A DNA stretch of 63,978 nucleotides, counting the filler, from Octopus bimaculoides (taxonomy: Eukaryota), in the NCBI RefSeq assembly GCF_001194135.2. It is 5 parts of 5 records of this genome, joined end to end, with 100 filler letters (N's around TTAATTAATTAA, not from the genome) between each part and the next. Parts side by side here need not be neighbours in the genome. Positions count along the whole stretch, not along the records: positions 1 to 30,538 come from NC_068994.1; 4 more parts are not named here. One strand, written 5' to 3'. The notes under the pieces are model-generated. The model worked only from the letters and a program-made list of their open reading frames with translations, searched no databases and was not told where the DNA came from. The position numbers were made by a program, and so were the translations under genes. Shown one piece after another: positions 1 through 11,332 of this stretch (its first letter is position 1; every line of letters starts with the position of its first letter).

Positions 1-1676
1 AAATACACTCACACACATACACACACACACATATATGTATATTTATGTGTTTATATATATGTATATGGATATATGTGTATGTATACGATATTATAGATAT
101 ATACAAAAATAGGTAATATAAATTTTTATGTATAAACAATTCAAATATTATTATAATATAAAATATATAAAAATAAGAATTATAGATGCCATGTTCTTTA
201 ATTCTGTTTTTCTTTTATTATTCAACTGGTTTGGATCATGTGACTGTGGCCATGCTGGAGTACTGCCTTCAATGATTTCTTTCCATTTTTTTTTTTTGTT
301 TTTTGTTTTTTTGCAGATCATATCAACCTCTATAGTAACGTGGGGATCTGGTACTTATTTTATCACTGTCTATTTATGGATTCGGTATGTTAACTTTTGA
401 TGAAAAATCGACACTTTCAAGTAAATTTTCACATTGGTATACGCATACACACTCTCACACAAATAGAGGCTTCTCAAAGAATTGAACTTTGAAATATGGT
501 TGCACAGGGAACTACTAAACAAGCTGACTATACTTGTACTTATATCAATATATATATATATATATATATGTGGCACGTAAAAAACACCTTTTGAGCGAGG
601 GCGTTGCCAGTACCGTGTGACTGGCCCTTGTGCCGCTGGCATGTAAAAGCACCCACTACACTCTTGGAGTGGTTGGCGTTAGGAAGGGCATCCAGCTGTA
701 GAAACTCTGCCAGATCATTTGTAGCAGATGGTCTCTCAACATCATTCACACGCGCCTGACTCAGGCTCAGAAGTTACAGCCCGAGTTGTTATCTATAATC
801 GTAAAAACTAAAAGTAATTCAAATTCAGTGTTTTCTTGAAACAATAAAATTCTATAGAGATTAGGATTTAAATTCCAATCTATGAAAAGTTTCCTTTCTA
901 CAATATTCTTAAAGGAAAGAAAAGTCATCCAGCAACTCAGGTTAATACAAATTAGCCTGATAGGTGTAAAAGACTAGCTGGCATCTCTTGTCCAAGAGTA
1001 CAGGTGACAGTCAGATTGCTGGTGTTTGTTGTGCACTCTGTTGTCATTGTTTGATTGTTGCTATTTTATGTGTCTGTGTTTAAAGATCAGTTGTGCTTTG
1101 CAGGGTTGCTATATTTTTACTCTTAATCTAGAAATGGAGAAAGGCATAGTGCTAGATATAAAAATAAAAAAAACCATTTGCGGCTAGAAATATAGCGGGA
1201 AAACATGAAATTCTTTGAGCAGACATGTGTCTTATGCAAAAATTTGTGATGAGCATGAGTGACAAAATCTGGGATGAGCCTGAGTGATGCTGACGACCTG
1301 GAGTCGCCTCTGATATATATATATATATGCCCTTGTTTGTTGCACCTTGTTTACCATTTTGTCTTTGTTCTTTTGCCACGTCATGTACCCAGTTATGTAT
1401 CTATATGTACATGTAGATGAACGTATATACATACATGTACATATATATGCATATACTCATATATTGTTTATATATATATATATATATATATACATATGTC
1501 CGGGTTGTTTGTCATTCAGTAAACTGATAATGGTAATGATGCTGATGTCAGTGAGCATAGTTAACAATGCTAATGATAGTTATGTTCTTTACTATTAAAT
1601 ATAATTACTGTACAGTACAGTTCAGTACAAACATACTGACCATCACCAACAATAGTACAACAGACAACACTCAGTG

Positions 1677-1716
<40 letters not shown>

Positions 1717-1720
1717 TAAT

Positions 1721-1937
1721 AATCCTTTCTACTATAGGCATAAATATAGAAATTTTGGGGAATGGGATCAGTTGATTAGATCAATCCCAGAACACAACTG
1801 GTACTTAATTTATCGACCCCGAAAGGATGAAAGGCAAAGTCAATCTCGGCGGAATTTGAACTCAGAATATAAAGATAGTTGAAATGCCACTAAGCATTTT
1901 GCCTAACGTGCTGACGATTCTGCCAGCTCTCCACCTT
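1721..1937 (-). mobile_element. tRNA-derived SINE family C, (ATT)n tail
   Basis: Head aaggtggagagctggcagaatcg (A-box-like), GAGTTCAAATTCC B box, central gcctttcatcctttcggggtcgataaattaagtaccag. Other copies at ~12159-12341, 12345-12540, 19830-20000, 28820-28980, 28990-29125, 32470-32665, 39890-40085, 42720-42910, 45496-45670, 46665-46835, 56860-57000, 57675-57793. Confidence 0.85.
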
Positions 1938-3465
1938 AATAATGAAAATAATAGTCATCAATCACCATCAGTCTTATATCATCTCTGATAGTCAAACACT
2001 TTCAGCTAGTTTCCTTGATGGACACAGACATATGTAATTTACCCTGTCTCAACTACCAACAATCAACAACGTAGATGCAGCATCGTCACCATCATCCTCA
2101 TCATCTTACTAACCTCCATCACTATTGCATCCTACTACCACCACTGTCACTGTTGCTGTCACCATCACCATCAGCATCTAAATCTTTACCTTCCACAAAA
2201 TTGCTAACACCATTAGCATCACCGACTACAGGATGCTTGCTAGACAACTTTTATCTTCCTATCTCTCGCTCGGTTCTGTTTTCTCTGCACAACTTTTTCC
2301 ATCAAAGACTACTGAGTCCATAATTAGCACTGAGCTAATGAAATTACAGTTCTGTTTTCTGGAAAATTTACAATGAAGACATTGCTAATGCTATCTTGCA
2401 AGTTCGTTATTAATAAGTAATTAAATAAGGAGACTATCTCTAAACACTTAGGTTGTTCAATAGTCGGACTTTGTGCAGGGAAAACAGCACAGACATAGCT
2501 TATCTACATTCTGATCAATCTAAGAAGATTCTTAATTGGAATCTAATTCACCACCACCACCATCACCATCACCATCACACATACACAACCACTCAAGTGT
2601 AACTAAAAATTGCCCTTTGGCATTGGAATCGCAGTAACCTCTGGAAGTGACCCCCCCAACTAATAGGCTAGTTCTCATGACAGTTGTCTAGTTCAGAACA
2701 GAACGACTGCTTCGCCTTTATCTTTAAACCTGTTATAAAACACAGATAGTTGAATAAGTATCCCTGGTGACATTTATAGAGGTAGAATCTATTAAAAATC
2801 ACCTGCATTAGCCTGAAACTACTTAAGTTTGCTTCATAATGTATGAAGTTTGTGGTGAAACTTTAATGACACAACTGAATCATCTGATACTGTTCCTCTG
2901 TACAAGCATCTATATTCTCTATCAAATAATTTATGTAAACAATTTTATAAATATCAACTATTTCTTTCAGGTTTCCTATCATAAATTTTATATAGGTTCT
3001 GTTTAATGTTTCCTTTCACATACATGTGTGCATAGACACACATAAAACTGCAGGAGACGCTTTCATTCATAAGCAGTCAAAGTGTATGCATATCTTGTCA
3101 TATCATACATACATACATGCATACATACACAATGTGAATGTACATATATTTGTATATGAATGCATATTTTACCTAAAAATGAATTCAATAAATGTGTGCA
3201 CACATGTATGCATGTATGTGTGTGTATATATATATTTATATATATGTGTGTATAGGTTTACATGCATATCATTTATTTGTATATAAAGTGTATGTGTATA
3301 TATTTGAGTGATTTTGCATAAATGTATTAATAATAATGTATGACAGCCACATCAGCTTCTATAAGTATGCATATTTATATTTGATATTCAAACCTTATTC
3401 ATATTCATGTATAATCAATCCCACCCTCCAGCATACACAAACACATACATGCATGTATTTCACAT

Positions 3466-3802
<337 letters not shown>

Positions 3803-4699
3803 NNNNNNNNNNNNNNNNNNNNNNNNNNNNNNNNNNNNNNNNNNNNNNNNNNNNNNNNNNNNNNNNNNNNNNNNNNNNNNNNNNNNNNNNNNNNNNNNNN
3901 NNNNNNNNNNNNNNNNNNNNNNNNNNNNNNNNNNNNNNNNNNNNNNNNNNNNNNNNNNNNNNNNNNNNNNNNNNNNNNNNNNNNNNNNNNNNNNNNNNNN
4001 NNNNNNNNNNNNNNNNNNNNNNNNNNNNNNNNNNNNNNNNNNNNNNNNNNNNNNNNNNNNNNNNNNNNNNNNNNNNNNNNNNNNNNNNNNNNNNNNNNNN
4101 NNNNNNNNNNNNNNNNNNNNNNNNNNNNNNNNNNNNNNNNNNNNNNNNNNNNNNNNNNNNNNNNNNNNNNNNNNNNNNNNNNNNNNNNNNNNNNNNNNNN
4201 NNNNNNNNNNNNNNNNNNNNNNNNNNNNNNNNNNNNNNNNNNNNNNNNNNNNNNNNNNNNNNNNNNNNNNNNNNNNNNNNNNNNNNNNNNNNNNNNNNNN
4301 NNNNNNNNNNNNNNNNNNNNNNNNNNNNNNNNNNNNNNNNNNNNNNNNNNNNNNNNNNNNNNNNNNNNNNNNNNNNNNNNNNNNNNNNNNNNNNNNNNNN
4401 NNNNNNNNNNNNNNNNNNNNNNNNNNNNNNNNNNNNNNNNNNNNNNNNNNNNNNNNNNNNNNNNNNNNNNNNNNNNNNNNNNNNNNNNNNNNNNNNNNNN
4501 NNNNNNNNNNNNNNNNNNNNNNNNNNNNNNNNNNNNNNNNNNNNNNNNNNNNNNNNNNNNNNNNNNNNNNNNNNNNNNNNNNNNNNNNNNNNNNNNNNNN
4601 NNNNNNNNNNNNNNNNNNNNNNNNNNNNNNNNNNNNNNNNNNNNNNNNNNNNNNNNNNNNNNNNNNNNNNNNNNNNNNNNNNNNNNNNNNNNNNNNNNN

Positions 4700-4886
4700 G
4701 ACACGTAAAAGCACCCACTACACTCTCTGAGTGGTTGGCGTTAGGAAGGGCATCCAGCTGTAGAAACTCTGCCAAATCAGACTGGAGCCTGGTGTTGCCA
4801 TCCGGTTTCACCAGTCCTCAGTCAAATCGTCCAACCCATGCTAGCATGGAAAGCGGACGTTAAACGATGATGATGATGATGATGAT
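4700..4886 (+). mobile_element. SINE/LINE 3' tail family A, (GAT)n tail
   Basis: gcacccactacactct...ttaggaagggcatccagctgtagaaactctgcc...gcatggaaagcggacgttaaacgatgatgat. Related copies at 565-720, 35553-35896 and 50933-51098 (-). Confidence 0.85.
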
Positions 4887-4930
4887 ACATATATATATAT
4901 GTGTATGTATATACATATATATGTATGTAT

Positions 4931-4976
<46 letters not shown>

Positions 4977-5746
4977 TAGACAGATAAGGGAATAGGTATA
5001 TGTAAACGTTCATACACACGCGCGCGCATGCTCACGCACACACACATGCACACGCATACACACACATACATGCAGACACGCACTCATAGCTATAAGCCTT
5101 AACCTCTCCTTTGCCCATTTTCAGCTCAAGAATGATGAAATTACTACCCTGTTTTAATGTCCATGAAATAGATAGATGTAGACTCGGTTATCAAAATGCA
5201 AGCATTTTATCGAGTTTTACTTTCTCTGATGCCAGATGACACAAATATTATATTGAATGTAAAAACAAAAACAAAAACCCCTAAAAAACCCGAAATCATA
5301 AAAATAAGTTAAAACATTATTTAAAAAACAGTCGATATTAGAATGACACTACAATCAATAAATATTTTTTTGAAACTAGAAATCTTATTCTTTATACTTA
5401 TTAGAATTTTTAAAAAATATCTTTTATGTATTTATGTATTTGTTTTTTGGTAATATTATTTTGTTGTTGTTGTTTTTTCTTTGCTTTTAAAGCAATTAGA
5501 ATCTACATTAAAACAAGTCATTCTTATATTTATCGTTTGTATTTTTTTTGTTTATTTGCTATGTACTTTTATTTATTTTATTTATTTATTTAAAAAATTT
5601 TTTTTTTTAAAGGTGTATTGGGATATGTGCCATTGTCAATGAAGATATCTGCAAGTAAAGGAAAGCTGAAAATTTAGTCAATCAAATTAATTTCGCAAGA
5701 TTTCATTTCAATGAGTTTATGGCAAAAATAAATCACAGAAACAATC

Positions 5747-5793
<47 letters not shown>

Positions 5794-6032
5794 TATCATC
5801 ATCACCATAACATCACTGCCATCATTCTCATCATCATCATCATCATCACCATCAGCATTGTCATAGTTATCATCACTATCATCATCATCAACACTGATGG
5901 TTTTAGTGCAGTTATTTTTTTATTGCCATCACCAAAACAACAGCCACCAGTATCATCACAACCTCTGCAAACATCACCATCATCAGTACAGATCTATAAC
6001 AGCATCAATCGCAGTAATAACATCATCATTGC

Positions 6033-6080
<48 letters not shown>

Positions 6081-6219
6081 CATCTTCATTATCATCAAGA
6101 TTATCATCGACCTAAATGTTTAAATGTTCAAATGCAACACTATGAGACAGGGAAAAGAGAAGTAGCTTCCAGAAATATTTTATCTATGCCATCAGAAACA
6201 ACAGCACATCTTGAATAAA

Positions 6220-6640
6220 CCAATAAAGGAACCTCTACATGGTCCCTGAAGTTGTTAGAAATAGCAGCTAAATCTGTATCATATCATATTCTACCATTTT
6301 ATGAATGTATAAGTGTATGTATGTATGAGCCAATGAAGGAACCTCTACATGGTCCCTGAAGTTGTTAGAAATAGCAGCCAAATCTGTATCATATCATATT
6401 CTACCATTTTATGAATGTATAAGTGAATGTATGTATGAGCCAATGAAGGAACCTCTACATGGTCCCTGAAGTTGCTAGAAATAGCAGCCAAATCTGTATC
6501 ATATCATATTCTACCATTTTATGAATGTATAAATGTACGTATGTATGAGCCAATGAAGGAACCTCTACATGGTAGCTAAACTGGTAGAATAAAAGCAGCA
6601 AAATCTGCATCATATTATACTTAATTGTCTTACGCATGTT
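6220..6640 (+). repeat. 110-bp tandem repeat, three full units plus a diverged partial
   Basis: ccaat(g/a)aaggaacctctacatgg at 6220, 6330, 6440 and 6550. Confidence 0.92.
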
Positions 6641-6743
6641 AAAATGTATGTATGGGAATCTCTATGGTAGTTAGAATTGGGGAAAATAGCCGCTTAATCT
6701 CCTTCAAACCATGATATATTGCTTCGCATTTATATATACTCGT

Positions 6744-7141
6744 TACTCTTTTACTCTTTTATTTGTTTCAGTCATTTGACTGCGGCCATGCTGGAGCACC
6801 GCTTTTAGTCGAGCAAATCGACCCCAGGACTTATTCTTTGGAAGCCTAGTACTTATTCTATCGGTCTCTTTTGCTGAACCGCTAGGTTACGGGGACGTAA
6901 ACACACCAGCATTGGTTGTCAAGCGATGTGGGGGGGGGGACAAACAGACACACAAACATATACACTCATACATATACATATATACGACGGGCTTCTTTCA
7001 GTTTCCATCTACCAAATCCACTCACAAGGCTTTGGTCGGCCCGAGGCTATAGTAGAAGACACTTGCCCAAGGTGCCACGCAGTGGGACTGAACCCAGAAC
7101 CATGTGGTTGGTAAGCAAGCTACTTACCACACAGCCACTCC
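6744..7141 (-). mobile_element. Well-preserved tRNA-derived SINE (family B)
   Basis: Head with A box TGGCTGTGTGG and B box GGTTCAGTCCC, CORE-like GGCACCTTGGGCAAGT, internal (TA)/(TG) tract, (AAAGAGT)n tail. Related copies at ~215-270, 18785-18810, 20880-21055, 37205-37320, 40135-40400, 43070-43450, 52110-52330, 54140-54290. Confidence 0.85.
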
Positions 7142-7513
7142 CGGGAGACCTGTACATGGGTAGCTAGACATGCTAAAAATTGGTGTAAAATTTCCTTCAA
7201 ATTACATGCTACTACTGTCTTACAGAAAGACATTTTGGATAATGTTGTTTCCTGTGTGCTTGGAATGTCTTTGATCAGAGATCTACTCTTTCAGGGAAAA
7301 CCTGAGGCTGAACAATAGCAACACCAATTACACATCTTGGAACATACTCCAGCCAGCAAATTGCAACACATATTTAATACATGCCAAACTAATAATTCAT
7401 CATGGGCAAATCCATGTTATTAAATCCCTACCGTTGGAGACAACAAGGAAGCCTTTAGATGGATGATCAACTTGCTAGAAATAAAAACTTAATCTCACTT
7501 AAACTACATCATA

Positions 7514-7664
7514 GGTGCAAGGATGGCTGTGTGATAAGAAGTTTGCTTCCCAACCACATGGTTCCAGGTTCAGTCCCACTGCATGACACCTTGGGATCAA
7601 AGCCTTGTGAGTGGATTTGGTTGACAGAAACTGAAAAAAGTACTAGCTACGGCGGTACATATTG

Positions 7665-7696
<32 letters not shown>

Positions 7697-7714
7697 GGCC
7701 CCTGCGTAAGGATG

Positions 7715-7757
<43 letters not shown>

Positions 7758-8018
7758 CGTGCTTGTGTGCATGCATGTATGTCTATGGTACCCTTGTTCT
7801 GACAGCATGTGATAGTTGTAGGCTAACATCACTATCGTATAAGCAATGTTGTTCATTTCTAGTCTTCTGTGAAAATCTTGTCTGACCATGAGGAAATATT
7901 ACATTGTCTGAAAATAGTTGAGGGTTGGTGATAGGAAGGGCATCCAGTTGTAAAAAACAATCTACTTCAACAAATTTCATCTGACCCCTGAATGCATGGA
8001 AAAGTGGATGATGATAAG

Positions 8019-8055
<37 letters not shown>
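7514..8055 (+). mobile_element. Composite tRNA-derived SINE (B-type head + (TG)n + A2 tail + (GAT)n) hosting the U6 copy
   Basis: Head ggatggctgtgtgataagaagtttgcttcccaaccacatggttccaggttcagtccc; tail ...gataggaagggcatccagttgtaaaa...(GAT)n. Same head/tail pairing at 10143-10240 plus 10745-11000. Confidence 0.8.
7640..7719 (+). pseudogene. U6: 3'-truncated U6 snRNA retrocopy (nt 1-80) embedded in a SINE
   Basis: GTACTAGCTACGGCGGTACATATTGTAAAATTGGAACGATACAGAGAAGATTAGCATGGCCCCTGCGTAAGGATGACATG matches 71/80 of human U6 nt 1-80 by eye, with ACAGAGA box and ISL intact. Lacks the 3' end and poly-T terminator. Confidence 0.92.
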
Positions 8056-8058
<3 letters not shown>

Positions 8059-8725
8059 TATGATGATTTATTTCACATGGCTTTGGTTGACTAAAGACTA
8101 TGGTAAAAAGATGCCTAAAAATAGCATGTAGCTGGGTCAAACTCAAAACGATATAGTTGTTAAACAAACTTCTTAACCAAGTAGCCATATCTGTTCAGAG
8201 TTACTGTTCAGTCAGCTAATGTGTCACCTGACAAAATGATTAATGAACTTCAGGATTGTTTCCAATTGTTTACAACTAGAATTTGCTTCAGAAAGTGTTA
8301 ACACAGAACTTAGCACAGATATCGAGAAATATATCGCTACATTCCTGATGTATACACCTTTACACTTACAGTTCTACATTGTCAAGTTGTGTTACAATAC
8401 GCAAGAAGTATGTTACTACAATAACTTTACATAGTTCTGTTACAATTAAAAGGAACATGCTTCTACAACAGTTCTACAGAGATGGCTACATCATAATACA
8501 CAAGAAACATATGTATTTAGAGTGTTTTTATGTGAACCATTACAATACAAAAAAAACATGCTTCACTACAATAAAATAGAAATATGCTTGTAATTTATTT
8601 TCAAGTAATGAGTTGTGCTTATAATACACAAGGTCTATACCTTCTCAGTATATATCCCTTCAGAGTACTGTATAAGCAGTTGTGTTAAGCAGTGTTACAT
8701 AAAAATTGTTGTGTTATAAGATACA

Positions 8726-8769
<44 letters not shown>

Positions 8770-9089
8770 TCCCGCTGTCATCATCATCATCATTTTAATG
8801 GTCACTTTTCCATGCTTATACAGGTCACACAGTGTTTATTGAGGCAGATTTTCCATGGCTGGATGCCCTTCCTGTCTCCAAACAATATACTCTTCCCTAA
8901 TGATGACAGCACTGTCAGTACTGTCTCTGTATTCATTATGTTATCAAAAATAGTAGTAGGTATTCTATACATGGCAGATTAATTAGTTTTATCTTTAATT
9001 TTAATGAAATATCTCTTAATAAATTACAAAATAAACTAATTGGAGATTTCTAAAAAGAATGAAATGGTGCTATACATGATTACTATCGT

Positions 9090-9456
9090 CAGTTACGACG
9101 ATGAGGGTTCCAGTTGATTCGATCAATGGAACACCCTGCTTGTGAAATTAACGTGCATGTGGCTGAGCACTCCACAGACATGTGTACCCTTAATACAGTT
9201 CTTGGGGAGATTCAGCATGAAACAGTGTGTGACACGGCTGGCCCTTTGAAATACAGGTACAACAGAAACAGGAAGAAAGAGTGAGAGAAAGTTGTGGTGA
9301 AAGAGTACAGCAGGGTTTGTCACCACCCCCTGCTGGAGCCTTGTGGAGCTTTAGATGTTTTTGCTCAATAAACACTCACAACATCCAGTCTGGGAATCAA
9401 AACCGCAATCCCATGACAGCGAGTCCGCTGCCCTAACCACTGGGCCATTGCACCTC
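9090..9456 (-). mobile_element. tRNA-derived SINE family D
   Basis: Head gaggtgcaatggcccagtggttagggcagcggactc...ggttttgattccc (A and B boxes). Related heads at 31141-31410 (+) and 40700-40975 (+). Confidence 0.8.
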
Positions 9457-9881
9457 ACATGTGATTACTATAACTAGAAACTGTAAGAACTTTGTAACAG
9501 ATAGAAAATATCAAATATGTGATTTCTGTGCATCTTCTTAACTTGAATTCTTTAATTTCAAATTCAAATTTCTCACCTCACTTACTGTTGTGAGAGGATG
9601 GCTATCTCCCTTGTATTAAGAGCCCTACCTACAGGCTTCACATGTTTATTGCAATAATTCTTCTAAATCTTCCTTTGATGAACCAGACTATTTGCATTTA
9701 ACAGCAGCACGTCTTAACAATGATGATATTACGATCACACGTTATTTTACAGTAAAAACATCACACTGCCCTTACATAGCAATTCATAAGTGAGAAAATG
9801 GAAACAAAGTTACAAATCTGAAAAGAAAATAGAACATCAGTTTCATGTGACGAGATAATAAAAGCAATCTAAAACAAGTAC

Positions 9882-10038
9882 CTGGTATTTCTTCGTACTG
9901 TGGGGCATCTCTTCGTATGCAGCCATGTTTGATATCTTTTCGTGTGGATACAATATTGATACGACAGTCAGGAGCTGTAAAAGGTCTTTCTTCGACTCCA
10001 ATATAGCCTGATGTTACACCAATATCTGCTATGTATCC
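9882..10038 (-). CDS. Putative internal coding exon of an unidentified gene (GYIADIGVTSGYIGVEERPFTAPDCRINIVSTRKDIKHGCIRRDAPQYEEIP)
   Basis: Pyrimidine-rich acceptor tctctctcAG| before 10038 and donor CCAG|GTACTT after 9882. 157 bp, only one frame open, complex non-repetitive peptide. Protein family not recognised. Confidence 0.5.
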
Positions 10039-10444
10039 CTGAGAGAGATATTTAAGAATAATTAGTTGTACATAACTCAACATTTTAAAATCAAATATAT
10101 TAAAATCTACATGTATATATTTTTTTTTTTTTTTGCCCACTACATGGCACCTGGGGTAAGTATCTTTTGCTGTAGCCCATGGCTAACCAATGTCATGTGA
10201 GTGGATTTGGTAGATGGAAACTGAAAAAAGCCCATCGTGTACATATATATATATATATATGTGTGTATGTGTGTGTGTGTGTGTGTGTGCGTAAAAGAAA
10301 AAAAAGAAAATGGAAATTGGGAAGTTAATAATTGTTTATTATTAACAGCAAGATAATTGTCATTAATTCCCCAATGTTGAACCAGTATTTCCTTGGATAA
10401 AAACCATCCCTTCTTGAGGTTAACATAACCTCTAATCGAATCTA

Positions 10445-10485
<41 letters not shown>

Positions 10486-11102
10486 TAGAAGACAAAAAAG
10501 GGATTTAAAAAATCCTGGCAGATATCAATAAAGCACTTAGTATTAAAAGAATTTGGTTAACAATATTCAACAATTAGACTCCAGTAAATGTATGCAGAAT
10601 ACAGATCTCAGGTAAATTTTCATGCATAACAGGTAAATCCAAATATGCTTTGGTAGAATTTTGAGAAATTCAGGGTATCTGACAACAAATATATATATGT
10701 ATATGTATACAAAAATGTGTAAATGTATAATACATATGTAAGCTTGTTTTGGAATCACGTGATAGTTGTAAACAAGTGTCACTGTCGTACAAGTGGAGTC
10801 TTTCATTCCCAAATTTCAATGAAAACATGTCCAACCATGATAAATTGTAACCTCACTGGGAAACAGGTGAGGGTTGGTGATAGGTAGGGCATCCGGCCAT
10901 AGAAAATCTGTCCACAACAAATTCCGTCAGACCTATACAAGCATGGAAGATTGGACATTAAAACAATGGCAATGATGATGATGCAACAATGACCATGACG
11001 GATGATGATGCTGATGATGATGACAATGATGGTGATTATGATGATGACGATGATGATGATAACCAAGGTTTAGATTTTTATGTTAAATCAGTATCAACCT
11101 AT

Positions 11103-11332
11103 TTAACCTTTTAGTTTTCAGATTATTCTGTCAAATGTAAAGCTTATTTATTCACATTGTTTTAAATTAATCATGCATTATCTCGCAGATTTGAGATTCA
11201 GATGATGTGATTGTTTATTTTTTTTTAGAATGACATTGCAGGATAGGTGTGAGGGGTTGGATCTGGCCAGTTTGGACATAAAACAGACAGGATATTTTGG
11301 CCGGATATGGCCAGTTTAAATGCTATAGTTAA
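11103..11332. mobile_element. piggyBac-type non-autonomous element (TTAA ends)
   Basis: TTAACCTTTTAG...tgctatagTTAA. Internal sequence is related, in reverse, to 37561-37960. Confidence 0.6.

Noticed and set aside
9090-9456. tRNA-like heads of SINE families B, C and D as tRNA genes
   Set aside because: They have A/B boxes but no complete cloverleaf and continue into SINE bodies.
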